A stretch of DNA of 64,000 nucleotides from Rebecca billardiae RCC1528 (lineage: Eukaryota; Protista; Haptophyta). The notes beneath the pieces are model-generated. The model saw only the letters and a list, made by a program, of their open reading frames with translations, ran no database searches and had not been told where the DNA came from. Positions 23,835 to 35,522 of this stretch are shown here, piece by piece (the first letter of the stretch is position 1; each line of letters starts with the position of its first letter). The stretch spans positions 2,356,001 through 2,420,000 of the forward strand of contig OZ251227.1 in assembly GCA_965240325.2 (NCBI GenBank), written 5' to 3'. The position numbers and the translations under genes were made by a program.

Positions 23835-25058
23835 CGCGCCGCGCCGGCGCGTCGCGCGCGACGTGCAGCTTGGCGCGTCCGCCGACCGCGCCCAGACCTC
23901 TGCCGTGTCTACCGACTGCTGGCCATCAAGAGGGCTTGTGAGCAGGATCAGCATTCAGCATGGCGGCTCCGCCTCATCCCGCGCCGGGCCACTGTGCAGA
24001 CGTCCCAAGAACACTCAGCGTCTGGATTCCCGCACGGCGCACGGCGCCTTGTCGTCCCGTGGCCGAAGAGCGGTCATCCCGCATTCCAGCCGCTGCGGGA
24101 ACTGAAGACGCTGCTGTGGGCATGGTGATGGTAGCGCTCGCAGGCGTGGCGAGTTGCCACGGCGGCACCACGACTTCTGACCTAGGGGTGTACGAGTGGT
24201 GAACCGGCGCGGCCCGCTTCAGAGCGGTCTCAGGGTCTGTCACTTGAGCCCGCGGAGAACTCAGAACCGGCCCCCAGGTACTCGCAGATTCGCAGTTAAC
24301 TGACTTCACCGAGTTCACGGCCCGGTGAATCCGCCAGCCGGCGGCCCGGCCACGAGCCATGACTACCTTCTATCCCCGTTCACAGGATGCCTGTTTGTCG
24401 ATCGTCGGGGATTCGCCGTGGTCTTCCGCCGTGCTAGTCCACGCCATATCGAGCCACATGGGTGCTCATTGTGACGGTGAATCCACAAGCGGGCGACACG
24501 CCGTCGCCGCATGGCGCCGCGAACAGAATAATTATCATCGCATCATCATTATTAAAGTATTATTATTATATAAGTAGCCGGTGCATGCCGCGATGCCGGT
24601 ATCAGATCTACAGATCAAGATTGTTCTGATAATATGGGGGTATACATCAGGGTGGTCTATCATAAAGTACGAAAGGATGTGGAAACTGGGGAGCGGGTGG
24701 AACAGGGGTAGCTCGCTCTAATCCGAGGTAGTGCGTACTCAGGCTATCCACGCAATCATGACCGATTTCGTACCTGTGTGCGACGTAACGAAATAAGGAG
24801 GAATCAGGCTACCTGATATATGAGGTAAAGGGGGCGAACCCGAATGGATTCTGTTCAATGCGAAGTTCAGGCTCAAGGACGGCGAGGACGGGCACTCGCT
24901 CGTTTCTGATTGGCGCAAGGAAGCTCTTTAAGTCGGACTGGCGCCTTCGCTCGGGGTTGTCATCAAAGTCGTCTGCGCGTCGGGGCGTCGCGAGCCGGCC
25001 ACCGACCACCCGACGACGGCTGCTCTTCGTTGGTGAAGGCCACAGCAACACCTACGTA

Positions 25059-25625
25059 ATGCTCTCACGCGTCGCGACGACCTCCCTGGGGCCGCATGCG
25101 CCCCGCGTGATGTCCTACCTGCCGCTGGCATACAACCTCGTCTCTCGACGATCACTCACGGCGTGGAACGCGGCCGCCTCACGGGGTACGCCGCGCTTGC
25201 ACCACCCCGCCGGATGCGCGGCGCGCGCCGCTCACGCTAACCCGTCGCCGGCGTGCGCGCCCACGGCTGGCATCGCTGCGTACGCAGGTGGTATCTGCGA
25301 GTGCACGGGCGAGGCAGACCCGACACTGCATCCGCGCATCACGCGCACGGTCTCGATGGGGCACACCGACCTCGACGTCGCCTTCGAGGGCGTCGCGCCA
25401 AAGCCCGCAGAGGAGGAGGAGACGATCAAGATCTTGCTCACGCCGGCACAGGCGTCCGACAAGCACTTGGCGATGGAGCACACGGCGGGCGTCGCGTCGA
25501 TGACGCTCACCAATATCAGCGCGCTCGAGCACGCCGCCCCCACGTCCAAGACCTGCCACACCGTGTGCCGGGCGGCGCAGAAGGCGAGCGACCTGATTGA
25601 CAGCCTCCGCGGTGCCGGCGTCTGA
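25059..25625 (+). CDS. Hypothetical ~154-aa protein, 2 exons, N-terminus resembles a mitochondrial presequence
   Basis: ATG 25059; GTACGC..CGCAG intron 25186-25287; Arg/Ser/Leu-rich N-terminus without acidic residues (MLSRVATTSL..SRRSL); GC3-biased codons. Confidence 0.55.
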   Translation: MLSRVATTSLGPHAPRVMSYLPLAYNLVSRRSLTAWNAAASRGTPRLHHPAGCAARAAHANPSPACAPTAGIAAYAGGICECTGEADPTLHPRITRTVSMGHTDLDVAFEGVAPKPAEEEETIKILLTPAQASDKHLAMEHTAGVASMTLTNISALEHAAPTSKTCHTVCRAAQKASDLIDSLRGAGV

Positions 25626-26241
25626 CTCTGAGGCACGTCGGCTGCGCCGCGAGCGCGGATACTAAGCGCCACTGGTACTGGCGCATGCCTGGCGCGCTTG
25701 TGAGGTTGGTTGTACACGTCAACAGTCTGCCGTCGCCAAAGGGCTAACGTACTGACTGAGGGAATGACGGATGAGTACCGTAGTAAGTGATTGACGTCCG
25801 CTCGACCGGCCGCCTTTGCCGCCCTTGTCCCATCGCGTAAATGGCGTAATCACAAAACGCGGGCCGCGAAAGTATTTTTATCCGACCTTTCCGCTCAGAT
25901 GTGGTGGGTGCAGTTTCCTCATTGGCCGATAGTCAACCGAGGGTTCGCCAATCTCGCCCGCAGGCTATGATCAACAAAAAGCTCACTTGAAAATAAAACC
26001 TTTCGGTGAGCCTCCCTAGATATGTGGGAGACGAGACCGGGTTGAAAGTGGGTATGGGTACGTACTTACAATACGTATTGTCCGGCTCCGCCTCTCAGGG
26101 ACGCGGCGCGCCAACGGAACGGCCTCACGCCCGGTCGCCCGCGCTGGGAAGTGCTGATGAAGCCTGGGCATCCGTCGCAAGAGCAGCCTGCACGCGCGAG
26201 ATACCCCCGGCTCCGCCGGCCGGCGACTCGGCTCGGCGGCG

Positions 26242-27978
26242 ATGGCACCCCACCTGCTCGACCTGCCAGACTCGTTACTCATGCACACGCTGGTCGTCGC
26301 CGGGCGCTCGGCTGCGGGCGCCGCGTGCTCCACCTGCCGCGCTCTCCACCAGCTCGGCGCGTCCGACAAGCTTTGGCAGGTCATGTACCGCGTGCGCTTC
26401 GGCGGCGTGGTCGAGGGGGGGCTGGCCGAGCGGCTGGGCTCGTTCCGTGAGGTTTGCCGCATCTTCAAGCAGGTGGATCTTCTCCCCGGCCTCTACCTCT
26501 CCCTCTCGGACTTCCCCTGGGGGCAGCTCGTGGCTGTCCGCCTTGACGCGCTGAGCGGTCGGCTCGTCGGCGAGATGCTGCACATCTCGATTGGCGACGA
26601 TCGCGCGACGGTGACTCCCGGGGAGCCGCTGTTCTTCTGCGACCTGATGCACGTGCGCCGCGGTGCGCACGGGATCCGCACGAGCGTGCGTGGCCGTCCG
26701 GGCCAGCTCATGCACTCGCAGTCGCACTCGGCCGCTGAGCGCGCGCTCGTGCGCGAGTGCGCGCCGGTGCAGCCACCCTCTGATGTCGAGAAGCTGCGGC
26801 CGTGGCTCGCGAGCCTGCAGAGCGTGCTACGGCTGTTTCACACGGTTTGGCCACCCGCGCACACCGTGAGGCTCCACGCCGCCGACCTGCTCCTCGTCGC
26901 GTTCGAGACCGCCGCCGCGACGCGCGCGGCCGCACACCCAGGTGACGCGCCGGAAGCGCCGCCGCCGCCACCGCCACCGCCCGGCCAGTTCGCGGCTGGC
27001 GTGGCGGCGGGCAACGCGGACGACAACGCCGAGGTGGAGGCCGCCGCCCCCGGCGTGCCTTCGGCCGGGCCGTCGCGCTCGACCGCGTGGCTCCTCGAGC
27101 AGCTCGACGCGCAGTGGCGCCGGCGGCCGTGCCACGTGTGGCGCGCGGCGGGCGCTGAGGACGCCGAGCCCAGCCCGTTCCTCTGCCTCGGCCGGCTGCG
27201 AGACCCGCCGGGCGGCGAATGGCCGCGCTGGCCGCACGCGCTGCGCGCGGCGCGCCGCTCCGCGCGCGCCCCCCTGGCCCCCGCGGCGCTGCCCAGGCTC
27301 GGCCTGTACGCCGCAGACTACGGCGCGCACTTGGGCGAGCGGCGCGTCGAGATTGTGCAGCTGCGCGCCGAGCGGCTGGCTGCGCACGCGCTCGGCGATG
27401 GGTGGGGTCTGGCCGCGGGCGAGGTCGAAGCGGGCTGCTGGTACCTCCTCGCGATCAAGGTGTGCGGGGACTGCCACGTGCCGCAGGGCGCGACCGCGTT
27501 CGCGGTGCAGCTCACGGATAAGCTGGGGGCCCTCGTCGTCCCTGACGCCGATGCGTCTGAGTCTGAGGCGCTCCCGCTCGCGCGCCTCGATGGCCGCGGC
27601 GCGGCGGAGGCAGCGGCGCAAGGGGAGGCGGGTGCGCGCCGCACACGCTGGCGCGCGCGAAGCTGCCTGGCGTACCCTGGCTTCTACGGCCGCTCGTTCT
27701 CACTGGGCTGCCTTGAGGTGAGCTCGGCCAGGCGCGTGCTCGAGGCTGAGCGGGCGTGGTACCACGCCACGCCGCGCGACACAGCCGAGCCAGGCGACGA
27801 GGCGGACGCCACTGTCTTCGACTTCGTGTGGCCTGACGGCATGCGGCACCGCTACTTCCGGCTGGGGGTAGACGACTCGGCGTATGCGTGCGTGCTCGAT
27901 GGCAGCACGCGCGCTGCAAGCAGCCGCTTACAGTCGCAGCTCTCCCGCAGTGGTGCGCGGCACCTCAGTGCCATCTGA
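26242..27978 (+). CDS. F-box protein with C-terminal FBXO31/DUF3506 (cyclin D1-binding)-like domain
   Basis: N-terminal F-box-like LLDLPDSLL..CSTCRALHQLGASDKLW. GLYAADYGAH..VEIVQL and LAIKVCGDCHVPQG resemble the DUF3506 GxYGxHG.EI and KxTGDPNVPAG motifs. Confidence 0.7.
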   Translation: MAPHLLDLPDSLLMHTLVVAGRSAAGAACSTCRALHQLGASDKLWQVMYRVRFGGVVEGGLAERLGSFREVCRIFKQVDLLPGLYLSLSDFPWGQLVAVRLDALSGRLVGEMLHISIGDDRATVTPGEPLFFCDLMHVRRGAHGIRTSVRGRPGQLMHSQSHSAAERALVRECAPVQPPSDVEKLRPWLASLQSVLRLFHTVWPPAHTVRLHAADLLLVAFETAAATRAAAHPGDAPEAPPPPPPPPGQFAAGVAAGNADDNAEVEAAAPGVPSAGPSRSTAWLLEQLDAQWRRRPCHVWRAAGAEDAEPSPFLCLGRLRDPPGGEWPRWPHALRAARRSARAPLAPAALPRLGLYAADYGAHLGERRVEIVQLRAERLAAHALGDGWGLAAGEVEAGCWYLLAIKVCGDCHVPQGATAFAVQLTDKLGALVVPDADASESEALPLARLDGRGAAEAAAQGEAGARRTRWRARSCLAYPGFYGRSFSLGCLEVSSARRVLEAERAWYHATPRDTAEPGDEADATVFDFVWPDGMRHRYFRLGVDDSAYACVLDGSTRAASSRLQSQLSRSGARHLSAI

Positions 27979-29175
27979 CTGCGCGCGCGCGCGCGTGCAG
28001 CTGTACCCGCGGAGTTCCGCGCCGTTCCGCAGCCTGCTGAATCATATTCTGAGCCGCTGAAAGGCACGACCGCCGACCGCCGTTGCAGCCGACGCCGCCG
28101 CCGAGCGGTGCCGATCCGCGCTGGCACTTGGATGGCGTCAGCGCGGGTGCCGCGCGCTCGGGGACCACTTGGCACTTGCCGATTAGTGACACTGTTTCAC
28201 TTTGATCAGCGGCTGTGCTCGGACCGTAGTAGTCTGTCAATTCCGAATTCGTCCGCGCCGAGAAACAGTGTGAGTGCAGAGTGTCGCGTCTGATACAGTT
28301 CGCCAGCCCCTGCTGCCCCCCTTCACCACGATGACCGGAGACTCGCCCCCGGGCGACGACTTGGACGACGAGGAGGCGTCCGGCCGCAGCGGGCAAAGCG
28401 CACCCTGGACGACGCCGCAGCGCCATTAGCCGCCGCCAGCCAGCCAGCAGTCAAACTGGCTCGAGCAGCAAGCGCGTACGCGACCGCCCGGGGAGCACGG
28501 GGCAGGCTCGACCAGCTGGCAGCTGCTACCCGCGGCTGAGACTGCCAGCTGACGGTCCGGACCTACACTTTCGCCCTTGCTCGGGGCACAGCAGGTCCGA
28601 CATGCGAGCCGCGCAGCGCAGGTGGATCGCGCTTCAGCACTGCTCAAGCCTCAACGGGCCGCGCTCAAGCTTAGTACGATCGCGGTGCAGGCTAGTGCTC
28701 TGCCACCAGCGCCGACTTCGTGTCGACGATCGGGCACTGCCGCCGACAATCAGGAGACCCGCGTCGTCCTACAGAGGTCTGTGTCGTTAAATCATAGAAT
28801 GAGTTTACTAAGATTAAGAGACGCACACAGCTCCGAAGGCAGGCGACTGATGGACGCCCGCCAACTGTCAGTGTCACCGCCCGTGAAGCCGTCGACACAA
28901 ACCGCTAACCGCCTGCTGGCAGCTTTTCGTTATTTCTCAGTTATCAGCGCACCATTCTTGGTCGTCCAGCGCGCTCGCCAGTTTCGTGCTGACCACTTTC
29001 CCGGCCGAAATTGATGTTTCGTGATGACGTTTTACGCCGGTCGTAGTCGTAGTGCTATTACGCGGTGGTCTCTCAACAAGTCCAGCAGCGAATATTCGTC
29101 GGTCCAAGCAATGACGACGAGTGACGAGAGAATCCCAGCTGGCGCCGTCCAAAGCTGGTCTGCACGGCAGCCGGC

Positions 29176-29679
29176 ATGACCGCCCTCCTCGCCGTCTTGC
29201 TGCACGCGGCACTGCTGGCTCACGCGGAAGCAGTCTGCCTGCCACCCGACGCGCCATCTAGAGCCGGCGGCCTTCGAGGGTTCGCACTGCGCACGGCGAA
29301 GCGGCTTCAGCGCGGCGTCGGCACGGTCGTCGGCCTGCGACCAGCAGTCCAACACGCTGGTACAGCGGAGAGCTGCATCAGCCACTCTGCTCCGCCATCA
29401 CGAACGACACACGCCGCGCCCATCCAAAAGTCGGGTATCGAGTATGACTGTCCACCAGACAAGATGCACGACGCTATCTCGATTGACGGTGACGGCCCCG
29501 GCCTGTGCTCGCAAGTGTGCCTCCCGCACGCATACTTCTTCATGGCACGACGAAATGGTGTTACGCATGGCGATTGCAAGGAGCAAGGCTACACGCACTT
29601 CGAGTACAGCTCCGTGAATCAAGGAGTGCACTACAATGTTTACTCTGCGGCAACGTCAGCGAGACGGCTGTGGCGATGA
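29176..29679 (+). CDS. Small secreted Cys-containing protein
   Basis: Signal peptide MTALLAVLLHAALLAHAEA; C-terminal CSQVCLP..GDCKEQGYT motif. Confidence 0.65.
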   Translation: MTALLAVLLHAALLAHAEAVCLPPDAPSRAGGLRGFALRTAKRLQRGVGTVVGLRPAVQHAGTAESCISHSAPPSRTTHAAPIQKSGIEYDCPPDKMHDAISIDGDGPGLCSQVCLPHAYFFMARRNGVTHGDCKEQGYTHFEYSSVNQGVHYNVYSAATSARRLWR

Positions 29680-30477
29680 TGCAACGCCGGACGCAAATTT
29701 CCACCGACTCAGGCCGCGCCGACCGCCGCGCCTGGCGGCCCGGGCCCGGGGCGTGAATCAGAGTGCTCGGACCCTGCTCTGACTCGGCGTCATAGACATA
29801 ATCATAATGACGGCGGCAGCATGGCCCGGCCTCATTCATCAGTCCTCCGCGGCGCCGAGGCTTACAGCAGAATATTATCCGCCGAGAGGCTCCTGTCAGA
29901 GAGAATCCGCAGGGTCACTCGGTACCCGGCCCGCAGTCCGCGGTTCATCCTACTCAGGCACGTCACTAGAATGCGTCCGCACCTTCTTAGGCATAACCAG
30001 GTCAGGCAGTGCGCCACCCAGCAGCCCTGCCCCCCTGCGGGAGCACTGGCCGGGATGCAGCACCGCCTCGGCCTGGGCCAGCCTGATGGGGCACGCGGCG
30101 GCGACGGGCAGATGCCGCCGCGGCCGAGCGCCTTCCGGCGGAGCACTTGGATGCCAGCCATGAGGGTGAGGTCGTAGTCGTCCGTCAATCGGTCGCCGCC
30201 CGCCGACCTAGCGGCGAGCAGCCGTGCGGCAGACGGCGTCGGTAGCCGCGGCTGTCGCCCCCGTGCGCCCGCGTGGGCGCCTGGATGAGGATGAGGTCGT
30301 AGTATGCCGCGTCGCCGCGCGCCGCCGGCCAAGCGGCCAAGCCGGCGCGCAGCTGCTAGCTAGCTTAGCCAGTACTTAAATCTGAAACGGGCTCCGGGCC
30401 GCCTGGTTCTTAAGGGTCAATTATAGAGTATCCGCAGACCGGCCGCGATTCTCCGATTGTCGGCGTCACTCGCGCTG

Positions 30478-32883
30478 CTAGAGCGGGTGCCGTCGTTCAG
30501 CTCCTCGGTAGAACGTCAGGACGGGTCTGTCAGGCCACGGGAGCGTGTCCTCGGCGTCGAACAGGAGCTGCTCCCAGGGCTGTAGCTGCTCGCTGTCGGC
30601 GTCGAGCGGCTCGGCCATGTGCGAGCACTCGCCGGCGCGGAACACGGCCAGCCGAGCCTCAGAGTCGCCCGTGCCGTAAGCCACGTGGCACGTGGTGCTA
30701 TATGCACGCGATACCTTCCGCTCCCGCTCCCTCGCCGTGAAGGGCAGATCTGCGCACAGCACGCGCGCCAGCGACGCGTTGCCCCCGAGGCTCATCGTCT
30801 TGAGCACGGCGGCCTTGGACAGCGAGTTGAGCGCCGCCCAGTACGCGCCGTACCCGCAATGGGAGCGGAAGTACCAAGTGTAGGACTTGGGGTACTCCCA
30901 CGAGCCGTCCTCCAGAGCCTGCTGGTGATCCTCCGCGCACATGCGCAGCGCTTGCATCAGCGTGGTCTCGCTCGTGGGGCGCGCCGAGCGCGCGAACTCA
31001 AAGTACGCGTAGCCGATCGCGCGGTACGCTCCCTTGTACTCGGAGCTGAGCTTGGTTACCGCCTGCTTGTACAGGTACGCGGCGACGACCTTGCCAAAGG
31101 CCACGTCCTCCTCGGGCGGGTTCTTCTCCTCCTCGGGCGCCGGCATGAAGAAGCTCAACGGCGGTGTGGGCTGTGACTCGATGACGATCGGCGCGCGCCC
31201 CGCCGGCGCGACAGCCGCCGCGTCCGTCGAGGCGGGCGGCGCACCCGCGCTGCCGGCAGGGGTGGTGGCCGCCGTCACGTTGGGCACATCGCTTGCATTT
31301 GCGGCGAGACCAGTCACGTTGCCAGCGGCAGTCGCATTCGTCGCGTTCGCCATCCGCAAACTCTCGGGAGGCTCGGTGGCAGGCGAGGGGCACAGCGCGT
31401 CGATGAGCGCGGCGGTGGCTGTGGCGTTTCCGACCGGCCCGCGCGCGGCCGTGGCGTTCGCAATCGCCACGATGCTGAGCACGCCGGTCGGATACACGCC
31501 GAACAGCGCGTCGACGAGAGCAGCGGTCGCGTTCGCAGCATCCATGCTCTCGAGCAGGCCGGTGCGGCGCGCGCCGGCCAACCCCTCGACAAGGATCCGA
31601 GCGGCAGCGGCCGACGGCGGAATCGCGGCCGGCATTCCGCCGGTGGGATCGGCGTCGAAGATCGCGTCGAGGAGGGTGGCGGCGACGCGCGCGATCGTCG
31701 AGTTGTCGGGCATCTCGAGAGGCTGCGCGCCGAGGATCGCGTGGATGAGAGCGGCCGTCGCATTCGCTGCGGTCGCGTTGATGCCGGGCTCCGTCGGGTG
31801 CGCGCGGCGCAGCGTGTTGACGATCGGGTCGAGGGCGGCGGCGGCGCGCAGAGCGGTCGCGTTCTCGGCCAACGCCGTGTTGAGCGCGGCAGTCACGTTG
31901 GCCGACAGCACCGCGTCGTACCTCGCCGTCGCGTCGCAGAAGAGGCCGAGCAGCCTCTCCTGCCGCCTGAACGCCATCGCGAGCTTGGCGGCCTTGGCAC
32001 GCGCAGCGGCGCGCGCGGCCGTTTGGAACTGCGCCCGGGCCGCGGCCGCTTCGGCGTACCTCCGCGCCGTCCGGATGGACGCGATCCGGCTGCCCGACAT
32101 CGACGCGAGTGCCGACGCGTACCCGAGGAGCTCGTCGCCCTGCCTCGTCGCGTAGAAGGTAAAGATGTCGTCGAGCGTCTCCTCGAGCGTGCGCGTCCGT
32201 CGGATCTGGTCGAGGGCCGCCCACACGCCGAAGACTTGGAGGTCCCACATGTTGAACCACGGCCGGTCGGGCACCGCCTGGCGCATGCGGTGCAGCCGCT
32301 GGTGCTCCTCGTGCGGAAGCTTGATCGCCGGCGCCTCGACCGGCGGCTGTCCGAACGCCTGCCACACCCGGTTGCACAGCGCGCACGACGGGATGCGGCT
32401 TCGGCGCCACTGCGCCATGCTGGTCGTCCACTCAAACCTGGGGACGCCCTGCGCCTCGGGGCCGTGTGCGCCGAGGGCCTCGCCGTCGCACTTCCGCTGT
32501 GCGGGGCACATCCACACGCGGTCGGTGTGGTAGAACGGCTGCCCGTGCACCCCCGCGGCGAAGAAGCTGCACCACAGCGCGCCCGTGAAGCCGTGCTTGT
32601 CCGCGATTGGGTTGAGCACGCGCGTGAGGATGGGCAGCTGAATGGCGAACTTGTCGCGGGGGTTCATGCACCGATCGCCCCAGCGCGGGTACGACGCGGA
32701 CACCTCGACGGAGAGCTGCCGAATGCACGCAATCAGGTCGCGCGCGAACAGCTCGTCGTCGTCGTTGTTGGTCGGCAGCGACGACGGGCGCTCGGGCACG
32801 GGGGCGACGTCCGCGCCGGTCGGCGTCGGCTGCAGCGCCAACGCGGCGCACGCGGTGGCGAACAGGAGGGCGGATCGGCCCAT
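30478..32883 (-). CDS. Secreted hypothetical protein (~800 aa) with NAT-sequon repeat region
   Basis: Signal peptide MGRSALLFATACAALA; Cys/Trp-containing N- and C-terminal domains flank repeats of ANATAAL(I/V)xA(I/L). Confidence 0.7.
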   Translation of the reverse strand: MGRSALLFATACAALALQPTPTGADVAPVPERPSSLPTNNDDDELFARDLIACIRQLSVEVSASYPRWGDRCMNPRDKFAIQLPILTRVLNPIADKHGFTGALWCSFFAAGVHGQPFYHTDRVWMCPAQRKCDGEALGAHGPEAQGVPRFEWTTSMAQWRRSRIPSCALCNRVWQAFGQPPVEAPAIKLPHEEHQRLHRMRQAVPDRPWFNMWDLQVFGVWAALDQIRRTRTLEETLDDIFTFYATRQGDELLGYASALASMSGSRIASIRTARRYAEAAAARAQFQTAARAAARAKAAKLAMAFRRQERLLGLFCDATARYDAVLSANVTAALNTALAENATALRAAAALDPIVNTLRRAHPTEPGINATAANATAALIHAILGAQPLEMPDNSTIARVAATLLDAIFDADPTGGMPAAIPPSAAAARILVEGLAGARRTGLLESMDAANATAALVDALFGVYPTGVLSIVAIANATAARGPVGNATATAALIDALCPSPATEPPESLRMANATNATAAGNVTGLAANASDVPNVTAATTPAGSAGAPPASTDAAAVAPAGRAPIVIESQPTPPLSFFMPAPEEEKNPPEEDVAFGKVVAAYLYKQAVTKLSSEYKGAYRAIGYAYFEFARSARPTSETTLMQALRMCAEDHQQALEDGSWEYPKSYTWYFRSHCGYGAYWAALNSLSKAAVLKTMSLGGNASLARVLCADLPFTARERERKVSRAYSTTCHVAYGTGDSEARLAVFRAGECSHMAEPLDADSEQLQPWEQLLFDAEDTLPWPDRPVLTFYRGAERRHPL

Positions 32884-33395
32884 CGTGCCAGGCGACGGAC
32901 CGGCGCGGTCGGTGGCTGCCGCGGCGGCGCGATGACACGAGGTCGAGCAGGACCTTGTCCGACCCGCTGGCCGCGAGATCCCCTTTTGGCGGATGGCGAG
33001 CACGCGGAGTCGCGGACAAGCGCCCAGCGCTCATGAAGAAGAGCGCGTCTCGAGTCTCAAGTCGGAGGAGATGCGCCGGTCGCGCCGCCGCCGGCCGCGC
33101 GCCGGTTGGTCTATCAGCTCGCCGTTATCATTCCAGGCGTTTGCAGTTTATTGTCATATCATATCGATACCAAATCGCTCCGCAGTCGGCATCGTACCGA
33201 CTTATTATTACCCGCGCGACCGGTCAGTCACTCACTCACTCAGTCACCAGTCCCGGTCGGTCACCGGACCAAATAATACGAGACACGATGGCGCCTGCGC
33301 CGTTGGAGCCGAGCGAACCTACCGGCGCGCCTCGAGTCCGCGCTTGGCTCCAAGCGCCGACGCCGCCGGCCTGCTCCCGCGCCCACAGCCGAGCC

Positions 33396-35522
33396 TTAGC
33401 GCGGAGCGCGGCTCAGCGCCACCCGCGGGAGCCCCGCCAGTGAGACGCGGTAGCGGCAGTGCACAGCTTCCGAGAAGCTTCCCGCAGAAGAGGATTCGTC
33501 GCTCAGTGCCACCTCGGCCGCGCGACGCTCGTCGAACGCAGGCGCGCGACCATCGGCGGGGGAGGCATGCGAGCCAGCACGCACGGCGGACGAGCCCGGG
33601 ACACGAGGGAGCTGGATACTGCTCGCCGTCGGCGGCGACTCCACGCGTCTCCGCACACCGCACACAGGACTCAGACTGAGTCTCGTGCGCCGGGCGTCGG
33701 CGGGCGGCGTCGGCGCTCGCACCGACGGGAGTATCGCGGGCAGCGAGCGCCGCGAGGGGCGCAGAGCTGCAGGCGACCGCGGGCGCGCAGCCGAGGAGGG
33801 CATGAGCGGCCCGCCCGCGTCGCGCGATGCGGCATGCGGGTCAGGCGGTGCGAGTGCACGATCGGCCGGCAGCCGCGAGCTGCCAGCACCGCCGTCTTCA
33901 GTGCCACCGCGGAAAGCGGGCGCAGTCTGCGTTGGCTGGCCGAGGGCGCGGCTGTGCACGAGGCCGGCGGCACGGAGCTCGCTGTGGAGCGCGCGAGCAC
34001 GCCGCACGCCGTGCGCGGCGGCAGCGCGCGCGCCGTCGTCCCCCGCGTGCGCTGCATGCGCGTGCGCGCGCTCCGCGGCCGCGAGCTCCTCAGCGGCGAG
34101 CGTGCGGGCAAGCACATCGTATGCATCGGCCACCTGGCCCCTGCTGCCCAGACCCGCCTTGATGCACGCGGCGATGCACGCTCGAAGCGTCTCGGCCGCG
34201 CGCGCGGCGGCGCCCGCCTCGCCCATGGCCGCTTCCGAGCGCGACACCGCCTCTGCCAAAGCCGCAAGCGTAGCGTCGCGTTCTGAGGCTGAGCCCGCCA
34301 CGTCTTGCGCATCGCGCCGCACCCAGGTGGGCGCGGCGCGGGAGCTCGCCAGCCATCGGCCGCCGGCCTGCTCGAGTGACGACGCGCGCACCTCCACCGC
34401 GACGTCTGTGGGCGCCAGCTCGATGGGCCCACCGCCGGAGCCCGCCACCGGCTGCGCGGCGCAGACGATGTGAAGGTGCATGAGCGGGCGCACGTCTGCC
34501 AGAGGCCGGAGCGCGCGCGGGGCGGCGGCGAGCGCGCGCGCCGTCTCGGTAGCCGAGCTCCGTCTCGATCGCTCGCCGTCGGCCGCCGCGCGCGGCCGGC
34601 CGAGAGAGCCGCGGCGGCGGCCGGGCGACAAGCTCGCTGCGGCCGGCGCGTGAGCCGGCGCGGCGACTGGGGCCGTCCGCCGCACGTCGTCCTCGGCAGG
34701 ATCGCCAGCACCGGTGTGCTGCGTGGGCGCGAGCAGCGCGCTCAACCGCGCGTCCGCCGGCGCCTTGAGCGCCGTCACCCGCCTGTGCAGCGTCGCAAGG
34801 AACGCTGCATACGCATCCTCGTCCTCGTGGTCTGTCCACAAGTCTGCGAGCTCGAGCATGCCGGCGGAGAAGGCGTCGAGAGGCATGCCCTCGGCTGACG
34901 GGCGGCCACGCATGTCGCGCGCCCAGTCGTTCCGTGCGAGCGTGCGCGCCCGCGTGGACGCCCATGGGCCCGTGCCCGCAGCGCCCAGCGCCTGCGCGAC
35001 GCGCGCGTAGATCTCCACATACTGATGCGCGCTCATGCGCTCGTCTGGGCCCAGGCCCGCCGTACGCCAGAACGCCGCGATCGCGGTAGCGACGACCGGC
35101 CGACCGCCGAGCGATCTTCTCCGCTCGCGTATGCGCTCCTCGGGCTCGCGCCGCCCCAGCCGCTGCCAATCCGAGATGATGACACGTGTGCCGTCGGCCG
35201 ATCGATCCTCAAACGGGAACAGGTCGCGCTCGTCGGCTGGGTGGTCGACGTGCTCGGCAGACCATTGGCACTTATCTGCGGCGGCGAGAGCCGCGGCAGC
35301 CTCCGCGGCCGAGCCGATGGAGATGGTCGTGCGACGCCGGCGCATCGCGGCTGGTGGCGGCACTTGAGCCGGGCCTTCCTCACCCAGCCTCACATTGGTC
35401 TCGATCACGCGCTCGACAAGCTCTGTGCTCGGCGAGGCGTCATGGATGGACGGCCTCCTCAGCTGAGCCGGTAGGCTGGCTCGCCTTGCGCGACCGCGTC
35501 CCTCCTCGAGAGGCGGCAACAT
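33396..35522 (-). CDS. Hypothetical 708-aa protein with degenerate EF-hand-like segment
   Basis: Long ORF starting at ATG. The segment QYVEIYARVAQAL..DWARD..FSAGMLELADLWTD..YAAFLATL resembles a conserved EF-hand-like block of protist proteins. Confidence 0.55.
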   Translation of the reverse strand: MLPPLEEGRGRARRASLPAQLRRPSIHDASPSTELVERVIETNVRLGEEGPAQVPPPAAMRRRRTTISIGSAAEAAAALAAADKCQWSAEHVDHPADERDLFPFEDRSADGTRVIISDWQRLGRREPEERIRERRRSLGGRPVVATAIAAFWRTAGLGPDERMSAHQYVEIYARVAQALGAAGTGPWASTRARTLARNDWARDMRGRPSAEGMPLDAFSAGMLELADLWTDHEDEDAYAAFLATLHRRVTALKAPADARLSALLAPTQHTGAGDPAEDDVRRTAPVAAPAHAPAAASLSPGRRRGSLGRPRAAADGERSRRSSATETARALAAAPRALRPLADVRPLMHLHIVCAAQPVAGSGGGPIELAPTDVAVEVRASSLEQAGGRWLASSRAAPTWVRRDAQDVAGSASERDATLAALAEAVSRSEAAMGEAGAAARAAETLRACIAACIKAGLGSRGQVADAYDVLARTLAAEELAAAERAHAHAAHAGDDGARAAAAHGVRRARALHSELRAAGLVHSRALGQPTQTAPAFRGGTEDGGAGSSRLPADRALAPPDPHAASRDAGGPLMPSSAARPRSPAALRPSRRSLPAILPSVRAPTPPADARRTRLSLSPVCGVRRRVESPPTASSIQLPRVPGSSAVRAGSHASPADGRAPAFDERRAAEVALSDESSSAGSFSEAVHCRYRVSLAGLPRVALSRAPR

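Noticed and set aside
24640-24822. Weak TIR pair (TACATCAGG / CCTGATATA) suggesting a small MITE
   Set aside because: The match is too short and imperfect to call without other copies.
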